Shown: piece by piece, positions 1-10,241 of the stretch
Position numbering within the stretch: position 1 is the first letter of the stretch
Layout of the letters: each line of letters begins with the position of its first letter
The notes under the pieces: generated by a model
Databases searched by the model: none
What the model was told of the DNA's origin: nothing
Seen by the model: the letters and a program-made list of their open reading frames with translations, nothing else
Assembly (NCBI GenBank): GCA_963815095.1
Contig: CAWFFH010000003.1
Span: 1,376,001-1,440,000, forward strand
Source of the DNA: Candidatus Bathyarchaeota archaeon
Lineage (GTDB): Archaea; Thermoproteota; Bathyarchaeia; Bathyarchaeales; Bathycorpusculaceae
Direction: 5' to 3'
DNA length: 64,000 nucleotides
Made by a program: the position numbers and the translations under genes

Positions 1-80
1 ACTGCCCCACGTGCAACCGCCTCGTCACCGTTAAGCAAGGCAAAATTGCCCGGCTTACCTGATGCAATCTTAGAAGTCAT
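1..80 (-). CDS. iorA: Indolepyruvate:ferredoxin oxidoreductase alpha subunit, 5' part (runs off window)
   Basis: Manual translation from ATG at 80: MTSKIASGKPGNFALLNGDEAVARGA, resembling the IorA N-terminal LLGNEAIARGA motif; directly downstream of paaK. Confidence 0.7.
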   Translation of the reverse strand, partial: MTSKIASGKPGNFALLNGDEAVARGA

Positions 81-91
81 AAGTTTGTCCT

Positions 92-1411
92 TTACATTTT
101 GCCCTTGCGCAAATCCAATACCCTTTTTGCTTTGCCTTCAGTTCTTGGAAGTTCGCCTGGCTTCACAATTTGGACGTCAGCAGATATACCTGTCACAATG
201 TGGATTCTCTTTTGAATTTCACTTATTAAGGCGGCCTTATCGAGCTGTGGATTTTTGTTGGCTTGCTCACACAACTCAACCTTAACCACAAAAGTATCCA
301 ATGCTCCTGGTCTATCGAGAACGATGAGGTACTGAGTTGCTAATTCTGAAAAGCACATTACGGCATATTCGATTTGAGATGGAAACACGTTTACTCCACG
401 GATAATCAGCATGTCATCTGATCTTCCGGTAATTCTCTCCATTCTTGCATGGGTTCTTCCGCATGCACATTTCTCCGTGTTGATTTTGGAGATGTCTCTT
501 GTTCGGTAACGCAACATGGGTAAACCTGTTTTGGAGAGTGCTGTGAAAACTAATTCGCCTTCTTCTCCTGCAGGCAACACTTCGCCTGTGTCAGGGTCGA
601 TTGTCTCCACAATAAAATGGTCTTCCCACACGTGCAATCCCTTGTGCTCGGGACATTCGATTGAGACACCAGGACCACATAGTTCAGTTAACCCGTAAAC
701 GTCGAAGGCTTCTATTCCCATTTCTTTTTCGATTCGCTCTCGGATTTTATGGGACCATGGTTCAGCGCCGAACATGCCGAGTCTAAGTTTAAGGTCCTTT
801 TGTGGAATTACGCCTTCTTGAACCATTGTTTCAGCAAGATAAACTGCGAAACTTGGCGTGCAAGCTAAAATCGTGACATCCAAGTCTTTCATAAGTTTGA
901 TTTGGCGCTGGGTCATTCCGCCGCTAGCTGGAACGATTTTTGTTCCGAGTTTTTGGGCGCCGTAGTGGAAGCCTAAGCCTCCTGTGAATAAGCCATAACC
1001 GTAGGCGATGTGGATGACGTCTTGGCGTCTTCCTCCCGTAGTGTAGATGGAGCGGGCCATGAGTTCTTGCCACATTTCCATGTCGCCTTTGGTGTAGGCA
1101 CCAATAATTGGGTTTCCGGTGGTTCCGCTGGAAGCATGAATCTCCACAATATCTTCTGATTTAGCGGCTACCATGCCGAATGGGTAATTGTCCCTCAAAT
1201 CGCTTTTTATGGTAAAAGGAATCTTTTGCAAGTCGTCAAGGGACTGTATATCTTGGGGTTTGAGGTTAACGCTGTCAAATTTTTTGCGGTAAAAGCTGCT
1301 GTGTTCGTAGCAGTGTTTGACTTGTTCTTTGAGCTTTTGGAGCTGAATTTTTTTTATTTCCTGTGAAGGCATTGTTTCTATTTTTTCGTTCCAGTATTTG
1401 CCATCCGCCAA
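92..1411 (-). CDS. paaK: Phenylacetate--CoA ligase
   Basis: HASSGTTGNP, YGYGLFTGGLG, DVYGLTE, RYRTRD, GRSDDM and C-terminal GKAKRV motifs. Confidence 0.92.
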   Translation of the reverse strand: MADGKYWNEKIETMPSQEIKKIQLQKLKEQVKHCYEHSSFYRKKFDSVNLKPQDIQSLDDLQKIPFTIKSDLRDNYPFGMVAAKSEDIVEIHASSGTTGNPIIGAYTKGDMEMWQELMARSIYTTGGRRQDVIHIAYGYGLFTGGLGFHYGAQKLGTKIVPASGGMTQRQIKLMKDLDVTILACTPSFAVYLAETMVQEGVIPQKDLKLRLGMFGAEPWSHKIRERIEKEMGIEAFDVYGLTELCGPGVSIECPEHKGLHVWEDHFIVETIDPDTGEVLPAGEEGELVFTALSKTGLPMLRYRTRDISKINTEKCACGRTHARMERITGRSDDMLIIRGVNVFPSQIEYAVMCFSELATQYLIVLDRPGALDTFVVKVELCEQANKNPQLDKAALISEIQKRIHIVTGISADVQIVKPGELPRTEGKAKRVLDLRKGKM

Positions 1412-1429
1412 GTTTCTTGTCCCCTTTGG

Positions 1430-2134
1430 TTAAAGGCCTAGATACACTTCTTTTATGTGACTATTAGATAAAAGTTCCCTACTCTTTCCTTCCAAGATTA
1501 TCTTCCCTTCCTCAAGAACGTAGCCTCGGTCTGCGACGTTCAGGCTGTCGTGGATATTCTGTTCTACTAAAAGCACGGTTACGCCTTCTTCGTTGATAGT
1601 GCGTACAGTATCGAGAACCTTCTCAACTATAATTGGCGCTAAACCCAATGAAGGTTCATCTAAGATTAGCAATTGCGGATTAGACATTAAGCTTCGGCAG
1701 ATAACAAGCATCTGCTGCTCGCCGCCGCTGAGAGTTTGAGCTAACACCTTGTCTTTCTTTTTCAGAACGGGAAAAATATCAAAAACTTTCTCTTTAGTTT
1801 CCTTAATTTTCGCCTTGTCTTTTATGCTGAAAGCGCCAAGTTGAAGGTTTTCTTCGACAGTCATGCGTGGAAAGATTTCTCTTCCCTCAGGAATCATGGT
1901 TAATCCTTTTTTGACTATCTCGTAGGTAGGCAGTTTCTCGATGTTTTCGCCATTAAACTTAATTGAACCAGTTTTCGGATGCAAAAACCCCATGATGGTT
2001 TTTACAAGCGTGGTTTTTCCTGCGCCGTTGGGTCCAATAATACTGACGATTTCACCCTGTTCAACCTTGAAGTTAACGTCGCGAAGTATTTGCACCATGC
2101 CATAAGCAGCAGATAAGTTCTCAATTTCCAGCAT
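1430..2134 (-). CDS. livF: Branched-chain amino acid ABC transporter ATPase (LivF-like)
   Basis: GPNGAGKTT, LSGGEQQML, LDEPSLGLAP, LLVEQN. Confidence 0.88.
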   Translation of the reverse strand: MLEIENLSAAYGMVQILRDVNFKVEQGEIVSIIGPNGAGKTTLVKTIMGFLHPKTGSIKFNGENIEKLPTYEIVKKGLTMIPEGREIFPRMTVEENLQLGAFSIKDKAKIKETKEKVFDIFPVLKKKDKVLAQTLSGGEQQMLVICRSLMSNPQLLILDEPSLGLAPIIVEKVLDTVRTINEEGVTVLLVEQNIHDSLNVADRGYVLEEGKIILEGKSRELLSNSHIKEVYLGL

Positions 2135-2874
2135 TACTCTTCCTCACCAAAGTTGAACCGCTTACCCAAGTAAACCTTCACAACGTTCTCGTCGCAAACC
2201 ACTGTTTTTGGATCTCCTTCACAGATTTTTTCGCCATGATTCAACACAATAACATGGCTACATAATCCCATAATTACCCGCATGACGTGCTCAACGATGA
2301 GCACTGTTACTCCTTGCTTGTTGATTTGCTTGATTATTTCAATAGCTTCGTCAGATTCCTTGGGTGTAAGACCAGTAAGCAACTCATCAAGCAGAAGCAT
2401 TTTAGGATTCGTAGCCAACGCTTTCGCAAGCTGAATACGACGCAATTCAACAACGTTTAATTTTTTTGCAGGCAAATCAAACTTTTCTTTACCCAAACCA
2501 ACAAAACCCAAAAGCTCCTGCGCCCTAGGTAACGCCTCAGTTTTGCCAGTATATTTTTTCTCGTTGAACAGCACACTTGTTAATACGTTTTCCGTCGCGG
2601 TCATTTCGGGAAAAGACTGAACGGTTTGGGCAGTTTTGGTGATGCCCTTGGCGCAGATTTTGTAGGGCGGAAGTTTTGCAATGTTTTCTTCATTGAAGAG
2701 AATTTGTCCAGAATCGGGCTTATACACGCCACTGATGAGGTTTAACAGTGTAGATTTTCCTGAGCCGTTGGGTCCAACAAGCCCAGCTATCTCACCGTCG
2801 GCTATTGAGAAGTCAACGTTTTTTAATGCTTGAAGTCCGCCAAACCGTTTGGAAACCTCGATGCACTTTAGCAA
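2134..2874 (-). CDS. livG: Branched-chain amino acid ABC transporter ATPase (LivG-like)
   Basis: FGGLQAL, GPNGSGKST, LLLDE, IVEHVM, C-terminal VYLG; ABC signature is degenerate. Confidence 0.85.
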   Translation of the reverse strand: MLKCIEVSKRFGGLQALKNVDFSIADGEIAGLVGPNGSGKSTLLNLISGVYKPDSGQILFNEENIAKLPPYKICAKGITKTAQTVQSFPEMTATENVLTSVLFNEKKYTGKTEALPRAQELLGFVGLGKEKFDLPAKKLNVVELRRIQLAKALATNPKMLLLDELLTGLTPKESDEAIEIIKQINKQGVTVLIVEHVMRVIMGLCSHVIVLNHGEKICEGDPKTVVCDENVVKVYLGKRFNFGEEE

Positions 2875-2981
2875 ACTTGCGCACTCCGAATAGCAAGCAA
2901 TTATTCAAGTGCAAATATAAAGGTTGGTGGAAATGACATTTTCCTGAAATTTTGGTTAAAGTTAAATATTAACGGAAACTA

Positions 2982-3449
2982 TTGGACTGTTGGTGTAATT
3001 GTTTGCCTATAACGCAAGTAAGCGTGTTTCTTGATAATCATCCAGGTTCTCTTTTTGAAACCATGTCGCAGCTGGACAAGAACAAAATCAAAGTCTTCGC
3101 CTTATCCATCGCAGACGCCGGCGAGTTTGGCTTGGTTAGATTGATAACTGAAGACCCAGAGAAAGCCAAACGTCTCTTGGAGGATGCAGAGTTTAACCTT
3201 GCAAAATCAAAAAAGAACACCGAAGTCACAGCTATTTTCATATCTGAACAAAATACGATTTCGAATATAACCAAGATTTTGGGTGACGGCGGCATAAACA
3301 TTGAGTATGCTTATTCTTCAGCGGTGCACGTTGAAGGGAAGGTTGCTTTGATTCTGCGTCCTAGTAATGTTGAGCAGGCAGAGCAAATGTTAGCTGCAAA
3401 CGGCGTTGCTGTTCTCTCGCTTGGGGAAATCAAAAAATACTTCCAATAA
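2982..3449 (+). CDS. Tandem ACT-domain protein
   Basis: QVSVFLDNHPGSL, ALSIADAGEFGLVRLI, INIEYAYS; this family is typically found next to paaK; start uncertain. Confidence 0.8.
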   Translation: MDCWCNCLPITQVSVFLDNHPGSLFETMSQLDKNKIKVFALSIADAGEFGLVRLITEDPEKAKRLLEDAEFNLAKSKKNTEVTAIFISEQNTISNITKILGDGGINIEYAYSSAVHVEGKVALILRPSNVEQAEQMLAANGVAVLSLGEIKKYFQ

Positions 3450-3602
3450 CTACCTTTTTGTAATATATTTTTGTTCATACCCTATAATTCAGTAACGACA
3501 GTTTTTTTCGCTTAGTATGGGCATATATTCACAGAATAATGATTCTGAGACAATAAGCTTTAATTTGTGGCGTTTGCACGACCCTAAGCAGAGGTCAAAT
3601 TA

Positions 3603-6425
3603 ATGGTTACCACAAACCTTGACAAAATTTTCAATCCTCAAAGCGTAGCCATCATCGGAGCCAGTGATGTTGAAGGCTCAGTTGGATATGCTATAGTAAA
3701 AAATTTTACTCAGATGGGCTACACCGGCAAAGTTTATTTTGTTAACTTTCGAAAACCAGAGATTTTAGGTGTAAAAACTTACCCGACAGTTGACCAGATT
3801 CCTGAACCTGTTGACTTAGTAATCATTGCTACCCCCGCCAAAACCGTCCCAGACGTCATGGAGGAATGTGGCAAAGCACAGGTGAAAGGCGCAATAATTG
3901 TTTCTGCAGGCTTCAAAGAAACAGGTCCAGCAGGCAAAGCTTTAGAAGAAAAAATTCTTGAAGCATCCAAAAAATACGGAATCAGAATTATCGGTCCAAA
4001 CTGCATTGGAATTATCCGACCCCGAAATAACCTTAACGCAACCTTCCTTGATAAGATGCCTAAGGCTGGCAACGTAGCTTTCCTCTCCCAAAGCGGCGCC
4101 TTAGGTTCCGCAATCCTTGACTGGGCACTCCACGAAAACATCGGCTTTAGCAACTTCGTCTCAGTCGGATCCATGCTTGACGTGGACTTTGGCGATTTAA
4201 TTGATTATTTTGGTTCTGACCCAAAAACAAAAAGCATCCTCATGTACGTTGAAGGCATAACTGAAGCCCGCAAATTCATGAGCGCCGCAAGACACTTTGC
4301 ACGAACCAAACCAATCATAGTTGTTAAGTCAGGCAAATTTTCCGAAAGCGCAAAAGCTGCTGCTTCTCACACAGGTTCCCTTTCAGGGGAAGACAGCATT
4401 TATGATGCAGCATTCAAACGCGCCGGCATTGTACGCGTTAGCGAAATAGCTGACCTGTTTAATTCAGCTGAAGTTTTAGGCACACAACCGTTGCCTAAAG
4501 GTCCAAGACTTGCCATAATAACTAATGCAGGCGGACCTGGCGTAATGGCAACTGACTCACTTATTGGACAAGGCGGCAAACTGGCAAAACTAAGCCAAAA
4601 AACACTAGACTCTCTCAACGCTGTTTTGCCTCCATTCTGGAGCCACGGCAACCCCATCGACGTTTTAGGAGACGCCAAATCTGAACGGTATAAAGCAGCC
4701 GTTGAAGCATGCCTAAACGACGACAACATCGATGGCATCATGATTATTTTCACTCAACAAGCCGTTTCAGAATCAGTAGAAATAGCAAAGAACATCGTTG
4801 AATTAGTACGCAGCAAATCCTACCAAAACAAAACAATACTTACATCATTTATGGGATTTGGCGCAGTCCAAGAAGCCAATAACATTCTAAACGCAAACAA
4901 CATCCCCACTTACACAACACCCGAACAAGCCATTCGAACCTACATGTACATGTACAATTACAACCGCAACATAGACCTCCTCTACGAAACCCCCGAAGAA
5001 CTCCCAGTAGATGCAGCACCACCAAAACGCCCCATAATGGCAATTCTAAGAAACGCAGCATTTGAAGACCGCGAAATCTTAACCGAGGACGAAGCCAAAA
5101 AAATACTCAAATACTATAATTTCCCAGTCGTCAAAACCGAAGTTGCCAACACCGTTGACGAAGCAATAGCGTACTCTCAGGAAATGGGGTTCCCAGTTGT
5201 CCTAAAGATCTTGTCACCTCAAATCATCCATAAAAGCGATGCAGGCGGAGTAATCTTAAACGTTAATTCACCCACCGAAGTCCGCGAAGCCTTCGATCTT
5301 CTAATTCAAAGAGCAAACGCATACAACCCCAGCGCACAAATAATCGGCGTAACTGTTCAACCCATGATTGAAAAGAAAGGTCACGAACTCATCATCGGAG
5401 GAAAAACCGACCCCGTCTTTGGTCCAGTAATTCTCTTCGGTATGGGTGGAGTCGGCGTGGAACTCTTCAAAGACTACTCAATTGGACTTCCACCACTAAA
5501 CACAACCCTCATCCACCGCATGATGGACGAAACCAAAGTTTACCGCTTACTCAAAGGATGGCGTAACGCACCCGCGGTGAACCTCAAAAAACTCGATGAA
5601 ACAGTGCTCATGTTTTCTCAGCTGCTAGTTGATTTCCCCCAGATAAAAGAAATTGACATAAACCCATTGCTAATTAACGAAAAAGACGCTACCGTCCTTG
5701 ATGCTCGAATAGTCGTTGATAAGGATAAAGTTTGCAGGAAATTTGAGCCCCACGAACACATGGTTATCAGCCCGTACCCCAAAAAATACGAGGTACTGTG
5801 GTTACTCAAGAACGGTCAAGAAGTTCTCTTGCGCCCCATAAAACCTGAAGATGAACCCATGTGGCTTGAGATGTTCCAGAGCTTCTCAGAAGAAGCAATT
5901 CGCTACCGTTTCTTCCAAATGCTAAAAGATACACCGCATGAAGTCCGCGTCCGCTACTGCAACATTGACTACGACCGAGAAATCGCTATCGTCGCAGAAA
6001 TGGTGGATAATGGTAAAAGAAAAATCCTCGGTGTTACCCGACTCAGTCTTGAATCCGACGAAAAGAGTAGCGAAATGGCTTTCATTGTAAGCGACTATTG
6101 GCAGGGTTTAGGTTTAGGCACCAAAATGGTTGATTACGTGCTTGACATCGCCAAAGAGAAAGGCATGGAAAAGGTTCACGCAATCATATTACAAGACAAC
6201 TACCGCGCATTGAGCTTGACAAAGAAGATGGGCTTCAAAATCGAATACCTAACAGACGGCACCGTCAAAGCAACACTTGACCTAAAAGATGAAGACCTAG
6301 ACTTTCGATGTGCACAACTAAAACTGCCCGAGCCACCTCAAACAAAACAAGAAAAGAAACCGGAAGTAAAAGTTTCTGAAAGCAAAAAAGCAATCCGCGA
6401 GCCGCCAGAAGCGGCACCCGCTTAA
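3603..6425 (+). CDS. ADP-forming acyl-CoA synthetase alpha-beta fusion with C-terminal GNAT domain (Pat-type acetyltransferase architecture)
   Basis: CoA-binding IIGAS, GPNCIG, SQSGA, SHTGS, TNAGGPG, NPIDVLGD, ATP-grasp HKSDAGGV, DINPL, then GNAT RPIKPED...WQGLGLG. Confidence 0.9.
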   Translation: MVTTNLDKIFNPQSVAIIGASDVEGSVGYAIVKNFTQMGYTGKVYFVNFRKPEILGVKTYPTVDQIPEPVDLVIIATPAKTVPDVMEECGKAQVKGAIIVSAGFKETGPAGKALEEKILEASKKYGIRIIGPNCIGIIRPRNNLNATFLDKMPKAGNVAFLSQSGALGSAILDWALHENIGFSNFVSVGSMLDVDFGDLIDYFGSDPKTKSILMYVEGITEARKFMSAARHFARTKPIIVVKSGKFSESAKAAASHTGSLSGEDSIYDAAFKRAGIVRVSEIADLFNSAEVLGTQPLPKGPRLAIITNAGGPGVMATDSLIGQGGKLAKLSQKTLDSLNAVLPPFWSHGNPIDVLGDAKSERYKAAVEACLNDDNIDGIMIIFTQQAVSESVEIAKNIVELVRSKSYQNKTILTSFMGFGAVQEANNILNANNIPTYTTPEQAIRTYMYMYNYNRNIDLLYETPEELPVDAAPPKRPIMAILRNAAFEDREILTEDEAKKILKYYNFPVVKTEVANTVDEAIAYSQEMGFPVVLKILSPQIIHKSDAGGVILNVNSPTEVREAFDLLIQRANAYNPSAQIIGVTVQPMIEKKGHELIIGGKTDPVFGPVILFGMGGVGVELFKDYSIGLPPLNTTLIHRMMDETKVYRLLKGWRNAPAVNLKKLDETVLMFSQLLVDFPQIKEIDINPLLINEKDATVLDARIVVDKDKVCRKFEPHEHMVISPYPKKYEVLWLLKNGQEVLLRPIKPEDEPMWLEMFQSFSEEAIRYRFFQMLKDTPHEVRVRYCNIDYDREIAIVAEMVDNGKRKILGVTRLSLESDEKSSEMAFIVSDYWQGLGLGTKMVDYVLDIAKEKGMEKVHAIILQDNYRALSLTKKMGFKIEYLTDGTVKATLDLKDEDLDFRCAQLKLPEPPQTKQEKKPEVKVSESKKAIREPPEAAPA

Positions 6426-6513
6426 TTTCTTTCTTTTGTATTCTGGATAGTTTTAAATTTTCAAGCATCCACCTATTAGTGGTGGAACCATAAGAAAACT
6501 CATCTGCATACTC

Positions 6514-7959
6514 TTGCTCATCGTTGTTTTGATATGCAGCATGCTCCTTGTTACCAACGTAAAGGCTACCACCAATGTCAGTGGACTAATCTCTTCGGAT
6601 ACAACTTGGACACAGGCTAACAGCCCCTACTTACTAACTGGAACCTTAACAGTGAACAGTGGCGTCACCCTAACCATTCAGCCAGGCGTAACCGTAGACC
6701 TTGCTTCATATTCCTTTCTGGTCGGAGGCACATTAAACGCTACAGGCACAAGCGACAACAACATAATCTTTCAAACCTCATATTCTTACAGTTCAATTCG
6801 AATCCAGTTCTTATCCACGAGCGAGAATTGGACTGCCACGACAAATTCTGGCTGCACAGTTACCAATTCCCTCTTTAACTCAGTCGGAATAATAGTTACG
6901 AACTGTTCACCCAAAATAAGTAACAATTACTTTACCAACAACAGATTTACTCCAATTTCAGTAAATGGTGGCTCAGTTTTGATTGTAAGCAACACGTTCG
7001 ATTGCCAAGCAACAGCCATCACTGTCAGTGGTGTATCTGCTTCGCCTACAATTTCCAGTAACTTCATCAAATCCAACAGCTATGGCATTTACGTTACAGG
7101 TAACAACGCCTACATCTCAGACAACAACATAACCCGTTGCCCGACAGGCGTTTTTGTCACAGGCAACTCAACTATCACAAGAAACCTAATCACCAATAAC
7201 ACCAATGGAATTTACTCTCTAACCAATTTACCATGGATCGCGAATAACATAGTTGCCAATAACGGCATTGGCGTCATGGGTGGCGGAACCATACAAAATA
7301 ACACCATTGGAAACAACACAATAGGTGTCGGCGTATCTATTACTCCCAGCAACATAAACCAAAATAATTTTTTTAACAACACACAATTTAACCTTGGTTT
7401 AGCGATGTCAAATGCGACCGATGCAACCAATAACTGGTGGGGAACCACTGATATCTCGGCTATTAATCAGACAATTTATGACTCTAAAAATTCTACAAGT
7501 TTAGGCACTGTCAACTTTAATCCATTTTTGACTGAGCCAAACCCCAACGCACCTGCAATTGAGAGCATAAATTATGTTCCCGTGCCAACTCCTACACCTT
7601 ACCCAAGCTTAATTCCAGCTCCAACAATGACACCGTATCCAACAATTCATTCAACCCCACCACCATACCTAAACATTACAACGCCAACTCCGACGCCTAC
7701 ACCAACAGATACCCCAACACCCATACCAACACCATCCCCCCAACCAACCCCAAGCCCAATCCCCAAAAAAATGCCCGGCACACCGCTGAATCTGGCAGAC
7801 GCATCATTTATTGAAGGTATCTCGCAATTCGACATAACAAACGTAGCTAAACTCGTGCTCATTGCCTTAGGGATCATGTGGTTAATCATAATCTTGGTTT
7901 ATATTGACCGCGATTTCGGCAAAAAGACCACAAGAAAAGTAAGAAATAATGTCTGTTAG
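6514..7959 (+). CDS. Secreted right-handed beta-helix surface protein with Pro/Thr linker and C-terminal TM anchor
   Basis: Signal peptide, TTWTQANSPY, Asn-rich repeats, NNWWG, PTPTP linker, TM helix plus basic tail; paralog of 40812..42161. Confidence 0.8.
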   Translation: MLIVVLICSMLLVTNVKATTNVSGLISSDTTWTQANSPYLLTGTLTVNSGVTLTIQPGVTVDLASYSFLVGGTLNATGTSDNNIIFQTSYSYSSIRIQFLSTSENWTATTNSGCTVTNSLFNSVGIIVTNCSPKISNNYFTNNRFTPISVNGGSVLIVSNTFDCQATAITVSGVSASPTISSNFIKSNSYGIYVTGNNAYISDNNITRCPTGVFVTGNSTITRNLITNNTNGIYSLTNLPWIANNIVANNGIGVMGGGTIQNNTIGNNTIGVGVSITPSNINQNNFFNNTQFNLGLAMSNATDATNNWWGTTDISAINQTIYDSKNSTSLGTVNFNPFLTEPNPNAPAIESINYVPVPTPTPYPSLIPAPTMTPYPTIHSTPPPYLNITTPTPTPTPTDTPTPIPTPSPQPTPSPIPKKMPGTPLNLADASFIEGISQFDITNVAKLVLIALGIMWLIIILVYIDRDFGKKTTRKVRNNVC

Positions 7960-7973
7960 GAGCAAAGACGAAG

Positions 7974-8528
7974 ATGGTTGAGACGTTTTATCTGCACTTA
8001 GAATTCGCAGCCAAAAATGGCGGATGGTCCATTAATTTGCCTTTTTTGTGCAATAAATGCGGGGTCTGCTGCACCTTAGATGATTTCTTGACTGCAGGAG
8101 AAATCAACGCCAAACCCAAAGAGCAACCCGACGTCTTTGCCAAAATGAAGATCGTTACCGAAGAACTTGGTAAGATGTGGGGAGCTGACGAAGAAAAATA
8201 CGACCAATACATCCAACGCAAACCCTGTCCCTTTTTAGTAGAGAATGCCTGCTCTATCTATGAGATTCGACCTGAAGGGTGCCGCCGATTTCCCAACACC
8301 AAATTTGGCATGCTCACACAAGACTGCGAACCGTTGAATCGATTCAAAAAGCAACGCACAGCCTTAAAGAAAGCAAGAGCCACCAAAGAAACCTACCACT
8401 CAACAGAGGCAAACATTAAGCCGGTAAAATATGCAGAAAACCAGTTCCAAGCGTGCCTCACAAAACTACGTCAAGCTGGCATAACAGACGACGAATTAGC
8501 CCTTTTCAACGCCTTCAACGGAAGATAA
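7974..8528 (+). CDS. YkgJ-family cysteine-cluster (CxxCxxCC) protein
   Basis: FLCNKCGVCC, PCPFL...CSIYEIRPEGCRRFP. Confidence 0.8.
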   Translation: MVETFYLHLEFAAKNGGWSINLPFLCNKCGVCCTLDDFLTAGEINAKPKEQPDVFAKMKIVTEELGKMWGADEEKYDQYIQRKPCPFLVENACSIYEIRPEGCRRFPNTKFGMLTQDCEPLNRFKKQRTALKKARATKETYHSTEANIKPVKYAENQFQACLTKLRQAGITDDELALFNAFNGR

Positions 8529-8537
8529 ATTGCCAAT

Positions 8538-9110
8538 CTAATATTTCAGTTGGGCATACCTGAAGCAGCAGACTAAGTGGTCGTTTACTAACCCAGCAGC
8601 TTGCATGAAAGCGTAGCATATGGTGGGACCAACAAATTTGAAGCCCCTCATTTTCAGTTCGCAACTCATCGCTCTGGATAGCTCTGTCTCGGCTGGCACT
8701 TCAGAAAAATCGTTGAAGACATTCTGAACGGTTTTTCCATCTACGAACTTCCAGATGAACTTATCAAAGGAGCCGAATTCTTTTTGGATCTTAAGAACCT
8801 GCTGCGCATTAGTTATGGTCGCCAAGATTTTGGAACGGTTCTTAACTACACCAGGCGCTACCATTAAACGCTCAACATTGTGGTCACTGTACTCTGCAAT
8901 TTTTTTTGGTTCAAAGCCGTCAAATGCCTTCCTGAACATTTCTCGCCGGTCCAAAATCAGCCACCAAGACAATCCCGCCTGAAACGCATCCAAAACCAAA
9001 AACTCAAACAACTTCACATCATCGTGGACAGGAACGCCCCATTCTTCATCGTGGTACCTCAGATAGAGGGGCTTGTCAACGTTCCAACATCTCTTTAGCG
9101 GCGCAGTCAT
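8538..9110 (-). CDS. tag: DNA-3-methyladenine glycosylase I
   Basis: YHDEEWG, FQAGLSW, GFKFVGPT, QAAGLVNDHLVCC. Confidence 0.92.
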   Translation of the reverse strand: MTAPLKRCWNVDKPLYLRYHDEEWGVPVHDDVKLFEFLVLDAFQAGLSWWLILDRREMFRKAFDGFEPKKIAEYSDHNVERLMVAPGVVKNRSKILATITNAQQVLKIQKEFGSFDKFIWKFVDGKTVQNVFNDFSEVPAETELSRAMSCELKMRGFKFVGPTICYAFMQAAGLVNDHLVCCFRYAQLKY

Positions 9111-9141
9111 GGTTTGTTCACCCTTAAAGCAGAGTTAAAAG

Positions 9142-9693
9142 CTACTTGAGTTCTTTTCCTATACTCCAAGCTTTGGCGAATTTTTTGCCCAACCCATAGT
9201 AGCTCTGGTCATTCATAACAAACAAAATAGGCTGCACCTTCTCAAAATCTACCTCACCGTCAGTTAGGACTGATTCGTCGCAGAAGGTGTTTACAATTTT
9301 GCCAATGAATATATCGTGGCTTGGGAAATCAACAGTTTTTACAAGTTCGCATTCCATGTTGATGCTGCATTGTTCAATCATGGGGGCAGTTTTGAGTTTT
9401 CCATAGAACGTTTTGAAAATGGCTGCTTTGTTCTCGGTTTTTCCTGAAACTAAGCCACAGTGGTCGGTTTCTTTAACCATCGCTGTGGATGGTATGTTGA
9501 TGCTGAAGGTTTTGGATGCTTTAATGCCTCCGTTTGTGTAGTGGCGTTTGTTCATGCCAAGCGAAACCGACTCAAGTTCCATAATGCCCATATGCGCTAT
9601 GGTGACGTAATTGGGTTTTCCACCAACCAAAGCTCCAATAAGAGTGGTCGGCATTGGATAAAGACAGTTTTTTGCACCAAGTTCAATCTTCAT
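9142..9693 (-). CDS. Flavin reductase-like protein
   Basis: LYPMPTTLIGA, FSINIP, CGLVSG, APMIEQC..NMEC, HDIFIG. Confidence 0.85.
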   Translation of the reverse strand: MKIELGAKNCLYPMPTTLIGALVGGKPNYVTIAHMGIMELESVSLGMNKRHYTNGGIKASKTFSINIPSTAMVKETDHCGLVSGKTENKAAIFKTFYGKLKTAPMIEQCSINMECELVKTVDFPSHDIFIGKIVNTFCDESVLTDGEVDFEKVQPILFVMNDQSYYGLGKKFAKAWSIGKELK

Positions 9694-9897
9694 TATTTAA
9701 ACCTCAAAAAATTCTTGCCTATTGAAAAGTGTTTTTCTTAGTATTTTAAGTAAGCGACGAATAACGCCAATTGCTTGTTCATCTATTAATGTTAAGACTG
9801 TGTTTACAGGATTTTCTCAACTATAACTAATAAAGAACTAGCGGCTTTTTTTTGAAACTCTTATATACGCCATTTGATAATTTCTCTGTTGAGTGTC

Positions 9898-10206
9898 ATG
9901 GCTGAAGTTTGTTCAACGTGTGGACTACCTAAAGACCTTTGCGTTTGTGGAGAAATAGAGAAAGAGCAACAGCGCATTCGTATACGTCTTGAAACCCGAA
10001 AATTCGGCAAAGCAACTACCATTATCGATGGCATGGATGATAAGAATTCGAATTTGACAAGCATTGCTCAAAAACTCAAAACATACTGTGCATGCGGCGG
10101 AACCCACAAAAACGGGCAAATCATGCTCCAAGGCGACCACCGCGACCGCGTACGCGATTTCCTTGTTAAGATGGGTTATCCACAAGAAAACATCGAACTA
10201 CAATAA
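9898..10206 (+). CDS. sui1: Translation initiation factor aIF-1 (SUI1)
   Basis: CSTCGLPKDLCVC, RKFGK, LKTYCACGGT, LQGDHR; ATG at 9898 chosen as start. Confidence 0.92.
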   Translation: MAEVCSTCGLPKDLCVCGEIEKEQQRIRIRLETRKFGKATTIIDGMDDKNSNLTSIAQKLKTYCACGGTHKNGQIMLQGDHRDRVRDFLVKMGYPQENIELQ

Positions 10207-10241
10207 TCGCGTAGTCCCCAAAGCAAGGTGAATGGTTCTTA

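Noticed and set aside
7590-7760. Pro/Thr repeats here and at about 22410-22490
   Set aside because: Ordinary low-complexity linkers of surface proteins
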